From: a bacterium
GTDB lineage: Bacteria > Zhuqueibacterota > Zhuqueibacteria > Residuimicrobiales > Krinioviventaceae
Assembly (NCBI GenBank): GCA_963693055.1
Contig: OY843751.1
Coordinates: 1,984,001 to 2,048,000, forward strand
Reading direction: 5' to 3'
Length of the DNA: 64,000 nt
Shown: piece after piece, positions 20,139 to 30,048 of the stretch
Layout of the letters: each line of letters begins with the position of its first letter
Position numbering within the stretch: the first letter of the stretch is position 1
The notes under the pieces: generated by a model
The model's database searches: none
The model's input: the letters and a program-made list of their open reading frames with translations, nothing else
Told to the model about the DNA's origin: nothing
Translations under genes and position numbers: made by a program

Positions 20139-21671
20139 AAAACGATACCCCAAATCCGTGTAAATACGGTGCCCAAACGTTACATCTCCCCATTCGTACT
20201 CGTAATTCGTTGTTATATAAAATGATGCAGGCAATTCAATTTGTGTGTTAAATTGTAACCATTGACTGTTTCGTTTCAATCCGGATGTTTGATATTCGTA
20301 ATTATAGCTGCCATATCCCAAAGATATATAGTGACCATTTTTCAAATATTTACCTAGTGTAACAGATGGGTGAACACCCCGGGTGTACAAATTTGAGAAT
20401 CCTGAAAAACGGAGTGATAATCTCATTCTTTTTATAAATAGATTGTTTTTATATATACCCAATGAATATGACGTTGTGGTATTTTCATCACTCTTTTTAC
20501 GTAAACCGTAATTTCCAAAGATACGAGTGTCCTTTGTCCACTTGAAATTGATATTACCACGTAATCCTTGTCTGAATGCATCATCAAACAGACTGTCAGC
20601 AACTGACAAGAGTTCATAGGTGTAATAATTTTTATAATTGTTATAAGAGAGTCCGGCTGTGAGCTTTTCTGAGATATTCATACTTGCATTTAAATACAGG
20701 TTGGACAAGCTCACCGTTGATTGGTTTTTTTCTTCTTTCCGCCAATCCCGATTTATATCAAGCTCCATACGTTGATAAAAATACCATCCCTTGTAAGCGT
20801 TTATGCTGCTTTGCAGGTAAACAAATTCTCTGCTCACTATAGAATCATGATATTCACCGGCTGCTGCAAGTGTAACCTCGTATTTTGTTCCTGTAAAATC
20901 GCCCCTGTTGTAGTTGATAAATGTACCATATTTTTGCAGTGAGGTTTGAAAAGATGAATACTGCCATTGAGGTTGAGTACCGGCAAAAGCTCCCAGTTTC
21001 AGATTTTTGAATGTATTGTATTGCAAATTTAATCCGTCAATATACCCCAAGCCACTAAATATATGTGAAATGATTCTGCCGACTTTGTAATTGAGTGTTG
21101 AATTGGGATTGTCATAGGAAAAGGATACCTCATATAAACGGTTACGCCATTCTGTCTCCGGGGTTGTGGAATTATAACGCCTGCTCCTTTGATTGTATCT
21201 GGATCGAAGTTTGATGTTCAGGTTATAATCCCGGTCCCATAATTGTTTGACTTTGAGCTTGAATCTGACCGCGGGTTGTTTGAAATCGTTGTTATATGTT
21301 GAGATATCATTAAATTGATAGTGTTGAAAAACAAGATAACCGCTGTATCTGGTTTTACTGATTGTTTTAGTTTTTGGTTTTTCAGGATTATCAATTCTTA
21401 CCTGGTTTCCTTTACGTAATTCTGTCGAATTTTCAAGAATTCGGCACGTAGCAGAGTTTTTTGAAATATGTGTAATCTCTAATTTTGAAATCATTTCATC
21501 ATTTCTTGAAGCGGTGAGAATATCTCCCAAAACAAGCCCTTTTTCAGTACCCGCGTTAATTACAATCTGATCGTTACTAATATCCTGTATTGTTGCATAA
21601 TCCTGAGCATACAGATTTAAGCTTGGTATCAACAAAATGATAATGATCAAAATGTTTTTGCTTCTAATCAT
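20136..21671 (-). CDS. Outer-membrane beta-barrel partner of the multiheme cytochrome (porin-cytochrome complex type)
   Basis: Probable start ATG 21671 overlaps the cytochrome stop; signal peptide MIRSKNILIIIILL..LYAQ; small N-terminal beta domain (VINAGTEKGL..GD); amphipathic strands; ends YTDLGYRF. Confidence 0.7.
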   Translation of the reverse strand: MIRSKNILIIIILLIPSLNLYAQDYATIQDISNDQIVINAGTEKGLVLGDILTASRNDEMISKLEITHISKNSATCRILENSTELRKGNQVRIDNPEKPKTKTISKTRYSGYLVFQHYQFNDISTYNNDFKQPAVRFKLKVKQLWDRDYNLNIKLRSRYNQRSRRYNSTTPETEWRNRLYEVSFSYDNPNSTLNYKVGRIISHIFSGLGYIDGLNLQYNTFKNLKLGAFAGTQPQWQYSSFQTSLQKYGTFINYNRGDFTGTKYEVTLAAAGEYHDSIVSREFVYLQSSINAYKGWYFYQRMELDINRDWRKEEKNQSTVSLSNLYLNASMNISEKLTAGLSYNNYKNYYTYELLSVADSLFDDAFRQGLRGNINFKWTKDTRIFGNYGLRKKSDENTTTSYSLGIYKNNLFIKRMRLSLRFSGFSNLYTRGVHPSVTLGKYLKNGHYISLGYGSYNYEYQTSGLKRNSQWLQFNTQIELPASFYITTNYEYEWGDVTFGHRIYTDLGYRF

Positions 21672-24600
21672 CTTCAGCATACCCCCTGGGGTGACATGCA
21701 TAACATGCAGAGCTTTCATAAACATATCCACTTTCGTCATCATGTATATCATCCATTTTGACTCTGGTATGTTCGTGACAATTAATGCATTCAAATTGTG
21801 AATAATCATTTGTTGCTACATGGCAATTGTTGCAGGTATTCCATTCACCGGCATGTTCTCCAGAATAAATTGGAAAGTATTGTCTGTCATGGTCCCAATT
21901 TGCCGGCCGCCAGGCCGAGGTGTTGTGACAGCTATTACAGGTTGTTGGGAAATGAGCTGCGCTGTGATTTGGATTGTTGGTGCCATTATAATCATCCATA
22001 TGGCAGGAATAACAATCTGTGGGTGTATTGTCGTATCCGCTGCTATGACAATCTGAGCAGTCCGCATTTAGATGTGCACCGGTTAGTGTAAATGATGTTG
22101 TCGTATGATCAAAAAATGCCGGAATCCATCCATTTATGGAATGGCAGTCCGTACACTCGTGGCTGAAATTGTTACTGACATGATTGGGATCGGTCACGGA
22201 TTCAAAATCAGTTTGATGGCAACTGTAACACTCGGTTGGGATGTTGGTATAGCCCGTACTGTGACAATCAATACAATTGGCTGATGTGTGTGCGCCTTCC
22301 AACGGAAACAAGGTGGCAGCGTGATCAAACTGCGCGGGAGAGAATGCGTTCATACTGTGGCAGTCCGTACACTCGTGGCTGAAATTGTTACTGATATGAT
22401 TGGGATCGGTAACGGATTCAAAATCAGTTTGATGGCAGCTATAGCATTCGATTGGAATGTTGGTATAGCCTGTGGAATGGCAATCGATACAGTTGACCGT
22501 AGTGTGCGCACCTTCCAACGGAAACAAGGTGGCAGCGTGATCAAACTGCGTGGGAGAGAATGCGTTCATGCTGTGACAATCCAGACACTCGTGGCTGAAA
22601 TTGTTACTGACATGATTGGGATCGGTAACGGATTCAAAATCAGTTTGATGACAGCTGTAACATTCAGTGGGTATATTTGTATATCCTGTACTGTGACAAT
22701 CAATACAATTGGCTGATGTATGCGCCCCTTCCAGTGGAAACAGGGTGGTTGCATGATCAAACTGCGCGGGAGTAAAGGCACTCATGCTGTGACAATCCGT
22801 ACACTCGTGGCTGAAATTGTTGATGGCATGATTAGGGTCCGTAACAGATTCAAAATCCGCCTGATGACAGCTGTAGCATTCAGTCGGAATGTTGCTATAG
22901 CCCGTACTGTGACAATCGATACAACTGGCTGATGTATGCGCCCCTTCCAGTGGAAACAGGGTGGTTGCATGATCAAACTGCGCAGGAGAAAAAGCATTCA
23001 TACTGTGACAATCCAGACACTCGTGGCTGAAATTGTTGGTGACGTGATTGGGGTCTGAAACAGATTCAAAATCTGCTTGGTGACAGCTGAAACATTCGGT
23101 AGGAATATTGGTATAGCCCGTACTGTGACAATCAATACAATTGGCTGATGTATGTGCGCCTTCCAACGGGAACAAGGTGGCTGCGTGATCAAACTGAGCG
23201 GGAGAGAATGCGTTCATACTGTGACAGTCTGAACAAATATGACTGAAATTGTTGGTGACGTGATTGGGTTCCGTAACAGATTCAAAATCCGCCTGATGAC
23301 AGCTGTAGCATTCAGTCGGAATGTTGCTATAGCCCGTACTGTGACAATCAATACAATTGGCTGATGTGTGTGCACCTTCCAACGGAAACAAGGTGGCAGC
23401 GTGATCAAACTGAGCGGGAGAGAATGCGTTCATACTGTGACAGTCTGAACAAATATGACTGAAATTGTTGGTGACGTGATTGGGTTCCGTAACAGATTCA
23501 AAATCGGTTTGGTGACAGCTGTAGCATTCAGTGGGTATATTTGTATATCCTGTACTGTGGCAATCAATACAATTGGCTGATGTATGTGCGCCTTCCAGCG
23601 GAAACAAGGTGGCTGCGTGATCAAACTGAGCGGGAGAGAATGCGTTCATACTGTGACAGTCTGAACAAATATGACTGAAATTGTTGGTGACATGATTGGG
23701 CTCAGTCACGGATTCAAAATCAGTTTGGTGACAGCTGTAGCATTCAGTCGGAATGTTGCTATAGCCCGTACTGTGACAATCGATACAATTGACTGATGTA
23801 TGTGCGCCTTCCAGCGGGAACAAGGTGGCTGCGTGATCAAACTGAGCGGGAGAGAATGCGTTCATACTGTGACAGTCCGAACACTCGTGGCTAAAATTGT
23901 TACTGACATGATTGGGCTCAGTCACGGATTCAAAATCAGTTTGATGGCAGCTATAGCATTCGGTTGGTATGTTGATATATCCTGTTGAATGACAATCGAT
24001 ACAATTGGCTGATGTATGTGCGCCTTCCAACGGGAACAAGGTTGTCGCGTGGTCAAATTGCGCCGGAGAAAAAGCATTCATGCTGTGGCAATCCGAACAC
24101 TCGTGGCTGAAATTGTTGGTGACATGATTGGGATCTGAAACAGATTCAAAATCGGTTTGATGGCAGCTATAGCATTCGGGTTTTGTTGCGTTATATCCCA
24201 GAGTATGACAATCACTACAGGATGCGTTCTTGTGTGCACCGTCCAGGCTGAATCCGGTGATTAAATGGTCAAACTGGATAGGATCCCAATTGTTCACGGA
24301 ATGGCATGTCAGGCAGTTTTTGTCAAAATTATTCGCAACATGGTTGGGATCTATTATGTTTGTAAAATCATTAATATGACAATCATAGCATTCCTGTGCA
24401 AGGCCGGTCAACTGATTATTTACATGGCATTCAGTACATTCAAGCGTTGTATGTACACCTAAAAGAGTAAAACCACTGACTTGAGAATGATCAAACTGTG
24501 ACCGGTCCCAGCTTGAAGCCGAATGACATGTTTCACAGAGTGTTGGAAAACCCAATACAGAGTGGTTTGGATTCTGTGTTTCCATATAGTCATTTTGATG

Positions 24601-25317
24601 ACAGGTAAAACAATCAGCGGATTGCTGTGAATAAACACCGGTATGACAATCACTGCACTGCTGATTGTGGGGACCCGTTAGGCCAAAGTTTGCAGTATGT
24701 TCAAAACGTGCCGAATTCCAACTCATGTCTTCTATATAATGACAGGATTGACAATCCAGGCTAAATCCGGCAAGTTTATGGTCAGGATTATCTGTTGTGT
24801 TATAATCATTCAAATGGCAGCCAAAACATTCAACGGGTGTGGTTTTGTATTGAATGCGCTGTTCTTTGTAATGGCAGGCCTCACAGTCCAACTGTTTATG
24901 TGCCCCGGTTAATGGATAATTAAACTCGTTATGTAAATGTCGCATACGTGTATAATTGATCCAATTGTCTGGAGTGTGGCAATTTTCACATTCTGTCCCC
25001 AGTTCACCATGATGTATGTCTGTATGACAGTTGAAGCAATGTTTGTCATTCTTTTCAAATACAAGGTCTGAATGGCATGTTTTACAATGCAGAGAGTTGT
25101 GTTTCCCTTTTAGTGAAAATCCGGTTTCCTGTTCATGATTGAATTCAATGTTTTGAGGATCAACTTGCCAGCTTTCATCTGTATGGCACAGTTCGCAATC
25201 CATTTCAAATTCATCACTGTGGGGATATTCAGCATCCTCTTGTGATAAAATAATGGTAAATTGACATAATAATGAAATAACAAGCATCAGGAATACAAAA
25301 CTGTATTTGATTTTCAC
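21664..25317 (-). CDS. Giant multiheme c-type cytochrome (49 CxxCH motifs)
   Basis: 49 CxxCH counted by hand; probable GTG start at 25317 after AAGGA; Sec signal; 72-aa triheme repeats. Confidence 0.93.
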   Translation of the reverse strand: MKIKYSFVFLMLVISLLCQFTIILSQEDAEYPHSDEFEMDCELCHTDESWQVDPQNIEFNHEQETGFSLKGKHNSLHCKTCHSDLVFEKNDKHCFNCHTDIHHGELGTECENCHTPDNWINYTRMRHLHNEFNYPLTGAHKQLDCEACHYKEQRIQYKTTPVECFGCHLNDYNTTDNPDHKLAGFSLDCQSCHYIEDMSWNSARFEHTANFGLTGPHNQQCSDCHTGVYSQQSADCFTCHQNDYMETQNPNHSVLGFPTLCETCHSASSWDRSQFDHSQVSGFTLLGVHTTLECTECHVNNQLTGLAQECYDCHINDFTNIIDPNHVANNFDKNCLTCHSVNNWDPIQFDHLITGFSLDGAHKNASCSDCHTLGYNATKPECYSCHQTDFESVSDPNHVTNNFSHECSDCHSMNAFSPAQFDHATTLFPLEGAHTSANCIDCHSTGYINIPTECYSCHQTDFESVTEPNHVSNNFSHECSDCHSMNAFSPAQFDHAATLFPLEGAHTSVNCIDCHSTGYSNIPTECYSCHQTDFESVTEPNHVTNNFSHICSDCHSMNAFSPAQFDHAATLFPLEGAHTSANCIDCHSTGYTNIPTECYSCHQTDFESVTEPNHVTNNFSHICSDCHSMNAFSPAQFDHAATLFPLEGAHTSANCIDCHSTGYSNIPTECYSCHQADFESVTEPNHVTNNFSHICSDCHSMNAFSPAQFDHAATLFPLEGAHTSANCIDCHSTGYTNIPTECFSCHQADFESVSDPNHVTNNFSHECLDCHSMNAFSPAQFDHATTLFPLEGAHTSASCIDCHSTGYSNIPTECYSCHQADFESVTDPNHAINNFSHECTDCHSMSAFTPAQFDHATTLFPLEGAHTSANCIDCHSTGYTNIPTECYSCHQTDFESVTDPNHVSNNFSHECLDCHSMNAFSPTQFDHAATLFPLEGAHTTVNCIDCHSTGYTNIPIECYSCHQTDFESVTDPNHISNNFSHECTDCHSMNAFSPAQFDHAATLFPLEGAHTSANCIDCHSTGYTNIPTECYSCHQTDFESVTDPNHVSNNFSHECTDCHSINGWIPAFFDHTTTSFTLTGAHLNADCSDCHSSGYDNTPTDCYSCHMDDYNGTNNPNHSAAHFPTTCNSCHNTSAWRPANWDHDRQYFPIYSGEHAGEWNTCNNCHVATNDYSQFECINCHEHTRVKMDDIHDDESGYVYESSACYACHPRGYAEDD
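22114..24057 (-). repeat. Nine near-identical intragenic 216-bp (72-aa) tandem repeats, with more diverged copies on both sides
   Basis: FDHAxTLFPLEGAHTSxxCIDCH...CYSCH...PNH...CxDCH unit recurring every 216 bp. Confidence 0.95.
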
Positions 25318-25614
25318 TTTTGTTTCCTTTATTTGGTGATCAACATGAATTATAATAAAAGCGCGGAATAGAAGTAAAGACAAGAGGGGGATAGTTGTAG
25401 TAACATGTTGATATTTATATATTAAGGTTGATTAAGGCCCAAAATGGTTTTTATGAATATATTCTTTTCTAAATGTCATTCACTATATATAATTATAGTA
25501 CAAACTTGATACCGTTAAAAGAAAAAAACACAATATTAAAAGGGGGTGTAGAAAATTACGACTGTACTTGTAAGGATGAGAGTGTGTGGGGTGTTACCTG
25601 AATTTGACAGGATT

Positions 25615-26985
25615 TCATAATAACTCTTTGGGAAATACTGCCTTGGCAACACGCAATACATTCAGTCCTAATATCTTTTCTATATCCTGATCACTGTAAC
25701 CACGCTGAACCAGCCCAACTGTAAACAGGGGACGATTGGTCCATGCGGTTGATTGGCGCATGTGTGGTTTTTCAACATAATCAAAAGGAGGCCAGAGCGC
25801 TTCCCAGCGGGTACGTGAGCGTAACTTCCAGTTCAGAGGTAGTTTGCTCTCTTCTTTGTCCGCGTTAGGTGAATGATATCCTAAATCTGTCGCAATTGAA
25901 ACATGATCACTGCCAAATTTTTTAACCATATAATCGATATGGTCAAGCATTGCGGTAATATCGCCGGTTCCACCAAGAAACCGGGGGATAGCACATATCC
26001 CCATTAATCCGCCCTTGTCCACAATGGCTTTGATAACATTATCGGGTTTGCAGCGATAATGCGGATGAAGCGCATGGCATGCCGAATGACTCGCGACTAT
26101 GGGTTTGTCTGAGATTTGCGCTGCTTCAAGGGATGTATTAAATCCACTATGTGCCACATCAATAATTACGCCCACCCGGTTCATTTCTTTTACAACCAGT
26201 CTGCCAAAATCACTTAGTCCCGCGTTGCTTGACTCTCCACAGCCATCACCAATCATGTTTCGGCGATTATAAGTGAGGTGCATCATCCGGATGCCCAGTT
26301 GAAAAAACAAGCGAATGTATAGCAAGGCTTCATCTGTATATTTTAACTTATCCGGCATGGGCACACCATTGCCGCTAAAGTATAAACAATGCGAGTTATC
26401 TTTGCCTGCTTTTTCAATATCGTTTGGGGTAACCGCTTTGGGCAAGAAATTAGGCAGCATATCGGTGAGAAACGTAAAATTTGATAAGCGTTGTAACAGT
26501 GTTGTGATATTGTTGCTTTCTTCGCCGGCATTTTGAAAAACACAATTAATTCCTGCAGCTTTCCAGGCTTTTATAAATTGTTTGCGTTCATTCATATCTA
26601 TAATGCAATTTGTACGCTGCTGGTCTTCTATTTTTATACCAAGCTCGGTTGATGTTCCGCCCTCATCAATCAATTTCCTGATCTCGTCTCCGTTGATTGC
26701 AGAATAGGGACTAAAGCCATAGCCTTCTATAACAAGTGAATTACGGTGCAGCTCCATGCCGTGTTCGTAATCTTTTTTTGACGGTTTCAGTATATTCATT
26801 GCAACATTGCGGAGATTTTGGATATATGGATTACTTGCCACACGATCAATGTCTATGTCTGTGTCTATTCCGGCTGATGGGGAGTTTATGGGATTCTCTG
26901 CTTTGGCTTGTATGCCGGCAGGAATGAGTGGCAATGCCGCGCTGGATGCAAGAAATTGTCTGCGGTTGATTGGATTTTTGATCAT
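25615..26985 (-). CDS. Membrane dipeptidase (peptidase M19) family protein with Tat signal
   Basis: NRRQFL; LGIRMMHLTYN, GLSDFGRLVVKEMNRVGVIIDVAH, ASHS, HIDY, KILGLN. Confidence 0.88.
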   Translation of the reverse strand: MIKNPINRRQFLASSAALPLIPAGIQAKAENPINSPSAGIDTDIDIDRVASNPYIQNLRNVAMNILKPSKKDYEHGMELHRNSLVIEGYGFSPYSAINGDEIRKLIDEGGTSTELGIKIEDQQRTNCIIDMNERKQFIKAWKAAGINCVFQNAGEESNNITTLLQRLSNFTFLTDMLPNFLPKAVTPNDIEKAGKDNSHCLYFSGNGVPMPDKLKYTDEALLYIRLFFQLGIRMMHLTYNRRNMIGDGCGESSNAGLSDFGRLVVKEMNRVGVIIDVAHSGFNTSLEAAQISDKPIVASHSACHALHPHYRCKPDNVIKAIVDKGGLMGICAIPRFLGGTGDITAMLDHIDYMVKKFGSDHVSIATDLGYHSPNADKEESKLPLNWKLRSRTRWEALWPPFDYVEKPHMRQSTAWTNRPLFTVGLVQRGYSDQDIEKILGLNVLRVAKAVFPKELL

Positions 26986-27062
26986 AGTATTGACCCTGTC
27001 AATTTATGGTGATTGTGTCTATTGGAAAATATACACAATCGAGAACAGGATCAAGTGTTTTT

Positions 27063-28328
27063 TCAGGCAGGCTCTTTTACAAACCAAAGTTTAAGAGTAA
27101 AATAGGTATACAAGATCAAACCGAGGTATAAACCAAACAAAATCACCTGGTTACTGTTGGTATAGTGGTAAGCAATTTTAGCATAGGCGAATGGGAACAA
27201 TTGCCCAACAATAGTAATGCTCCACAACAGCCATGCACCGATTGAATTTTCACTGCGGATATATTTAAAAGCGATGATAATGGGCACAAACAGCATGAAA
27301 AAGTAGTGCATCCATGCGATGGGTGCGGTAATGATTTGTAAAATAATCAGTTGCGCAACGATTATATCATAATGCCCGTCCAGTTTTTTTCTGGCTCGGT
27401 AAACACTGATGAAAAATAATGAAAAAAGAAGGATGGAAATCAATGTTGATGTTACAGAAACCCATGCCGGTGTTTGATACATGTACCATTGTTTCACGGA
27501 ATCGAGAGTCATTGTTGTGCGCATGAGATACGCGCGAATGCTGTGGTTTCCATATCCCGTCAGGGTAATGCTGCTGATCTGCTGGATCCGTTCCAGAAAA
27601 TTGAGGTGGCTTTGCCAGCCTGCCAGCAATAAACTGGTAATACCCAATAAAGCACCACCCGTCAATGCGCCCCACAATGCCCGCATTCTTTTTTTAATCA
27701 TCCAGTAAAATAATATGATAATTGGAGTAATTTTAATGGCAATGGGAAATGCCATAACCATTCCGCCAATAAACGGTTTGTTTTTATGATCAAGATATAA
27801 TCCCAGAATCAATAAGAAAAATAAAATAGGGTGGGTCTGCATTAAAAACAGGGTATACCTAAAGGGCATAGTTAGCGAAAAGATAATTAAAAACAGCATT
27901 AAAGGTATGGGTTCCAGAAATTCAGGCGCCCACATTTTAAATGACAACAATATAGAGCCCAACAGTGATAAAAGGATAATGATATGAAAAATGTGTGTAA
28001 ATTCAGGGTATTGTAAATGTTTAACCAATGGCTGTAGTAATCCGGCCCACAAAGGAATTTGCACATATGGGTGCAAAACGTCCATACCGCACTCGGATTC
28101 CTCAGCAATCTGGTCCCACAGCTCATCATCCTGTTCAGGATACTGGTTTTTATCATAACTGTACAGGTGGTCTATTTCGCCTTTTAATAGTATTTTTGAA
28201 CCAATGTATCCGCTGGCAAGGTCCTGACCTTTAGAGTGCCAGTCATAAAACAGATTTATGCCAAACCATCCGGCAATGATCAATGCAATTAAAAGGTACT
28301 GGGACTGTTGCTTACCACTGTTTTTCAT
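27063..28328 (-). CDS. Glycosyltransferase family 87 (GT-C, DUF2029-like) membrane protein
   Basis: QDLASGY, PYVQIP, IAIKITP, NHS, PIAWMHY; many TM helices; probable start MKNSG. Confidence 0.75.
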   Translation of the reverse strand: MKNSGKQQSQYLLIALIIAGWFGINLFYDWHSKGQDLASGYIGSKILLKGEIDHLYSYDKNQYPEQDDELWDQIAEESECGMDVLHPYVQIPLWAGLLQPLVKHLQYPEFTHIFHIIILLSLLGSILLSFKMWAPEFLEPIPLMLFLIIFSLTMPFRYTLFLMQTHPILFFLLILGLYLDHKNKPFIGGMVMAFPIAIKITPIIILFYWMIKKRMRALWGALTGGALLGITSLLLAGWQSHLNFLERIQQISSITLTGYGNHSIRAYLMRTTMTLDSVKQWYMYQTPAWVSVTSTLISILLFSLFFISVYRARKKLDGHYDIIVAQLIILQIITAPIAWMHYFFMLFVPIIIAFKYIRSENSIGAWLLWSITIVGQLFPFAYAKIAYHYTNSNQVILFGLYLGLILYTYFTLKLWFVKEPA

Positions 28329-28473
28329 CTTGTAACCACCTGATTTTTTTACATTGAATAGTCTTAAACAGGGTTGCAATTTTTAGACCAGGCAAATCTT
28401 TTTGTTCCCAAACAAAAACCTTTTGCATTGTATATGAAAAAATTATTATAATATAATAGAGGAGGAATTGATC

Positions 28474-29751
28474 ATGGCACACAGAACACTACGCAATGGA
28501 TACTCGCAATTTTCTGAACGTATCAATCGTTTTCCCCAGGGAGCTCCCACATCAGAATCCTTGTTTAAAATACTTCAAGTATTAATGAGTGAAAAAGAAG
28601 CTTCATTGCTGGCTCAAATACCTATCAAACCTTTTACTGTTGATAAAGCCGCAAAAATCTGGAAGATATCCCAGGCAGAGTCCCAAAAAATTCTGGAAGA
28701 ACTTGCCGGTAGAGCAATATTGCTTGATATTGAAGTGAATGGCGAGTCTACCTATGTACTGCCGCCGCCCATGGCAGGATTTTTCGAGTTTTCTATGATG
28801 CGTATTCGTGATGACATTGATCAAAAATTACTGGGCAAGTTGTTTTACCAGTATCTGAATGTGGAAGAAGAATTTGTCAGAGATTTGTTTACCGATGGCG
28901 AAACCCAGCTTGGTCGAACATTTGTGAATGAAGATGCCTTGCCAAATACAGACGCCCTGTATGTGCTCGATTATGAGCGCGCAACCCATGTGATTGAATC
29001 CGCATCTCACATGGGCGTTGGCGTGTGTTATTGCCGTCATAAAATGGAGCACATGGACCGCGCCTGTGATGCACCCCAGGATATCTGCATGACCTTTAAC
29101 GGATCGGCTGAATCTTTGATCAAGCATGGGCATGCCCGGCAGGTGGACAAGGTAGAAGGACTTGAACTGCTTTATAAAGCGTGGGAACATAATCTGGTCC
29201 AATTTGGGGAAAATGTGCGCGAGAGTGTCAACTTTATCTGCAACTGTTGCGGCTGCTGCTGCGAGGCCATGATAGCCCAGCGCAAATTTGCGGTGATGAA
29301 TCCCATCCATACCACCAATTTTTTGCCTGTAGTAAATGAACAGGCCTGTACCGGATGCGGCAAATGTGTAACCGCTTGTCCGGTTGAGGCCATGACCATG
29401 ATCTCTGCAAACGACCCGCACAAACCCAAGCGCAAGATTGCCAAAGTGGATAATGATACCTGCCTGGGTTGTGGTGTTTGTGTGCGGGTATGCAAAGACG
29501 CCCTGTCTTTAAAACCCCGTGAAAAACGGGTCATCACACCCTTGAATGGAGCGCATAAAGCCGTGGTAATGGCGATTGAACGGGGTAAATTACAGGACCT
29601 GATTTTTGATAATCATGCTCTATGGAGTCACAGGGCCATGGCTGCGATTTTGGGTGTATTGGTTAAATTGCCACCTGTCAAACAAACCCTGGCCAATGAA
29701 CAGATTAAATCCCGCTATTTAGAAGCGCTGATCAAGCGGATGGGATATTGA
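28474..29751 (+). CDS. 4Fe-4S dicluster domain-containing protein
   Basis: CYCRH, ICNCCGCCC, CTGCGKCVTACP, CLGCGVCVRVC; GAGGAGG SD. Confidence 0.88.
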   Translation: MAHRTLRNGYSQFSERINRFPQGAPTSESLFKILQVLMSEKEASLLAQIPIKPFTVDKAAKIWKISQAESQKILEELAGRAILLDIEVNGESTYVLPPPMAGFFEFSMMRIRDDIDQKLLGKLFYQYLNVEEEFVRDLFTDGETQLGRTFVNEDALPNTDALYVLDYERATHVIESASHMGVGVCYCRHKMEHMDRACDAPQDICMTFNGSAESLIKHGHARQVDKVEGLELLYKAWEHNLVQFGENVRESVNFICNCCGCCCEAMIAQRKFAVMNPIHTTNFLPVVNEQACTGCGKCVTACPVEAMTMISANDPHKPKRKIAKVDNDTCLGCGVCVRVCKDALSLKPREKRVITPLNGAHKAVVMAIERGKLQDLIFDNHALWSHRAMAAILGVLVKLPPVKQTLANEQIKSRYLEALIKRMGY

Positions 29752-30048
29752 TTTAAAAGTAATTTACTTGCCTATCATTTGAAATTTATAATGTCTCTCG
29801 TTTTGGAGGGTGTAGTGAAACCTGCAAAATGGGCTGGCAGGCACGTTTTCGTTGGAGCTGGCGTCCAGGTAATGAAGTGCTGCTGGTCTATAATTCAACC
29901 CTGCTTGATCCCCTCGAAAATCGCGAAAACACCGAAAGCAGCACCCGCTTCAAGATCAATTATAATTACAGGTTTTGAGGGAAAAGGTTTTATTGATTAG
30001 CGTTAGTTACAATTATTATTTTTCTATTCAATTGATTGGTTTTATATA

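Noticed and set aside
21672-21809. N-terminal extension of the beta-barrel ORF to 21809
   Set aside because: It overlaps the cytochrome coding region; the signal peptide begins at ATG 21671.
22288-23988. Repeated 64-71 aa ORFs in alternative frames
   Set aside because: By-products of the 216-bp coding repeat.
22114-24057. Regular repeats as a CRISPR array
   Set aside because: The units are 216 bp, contiguous, in frame and protein-coding, with no unique spacers and no cas genes.
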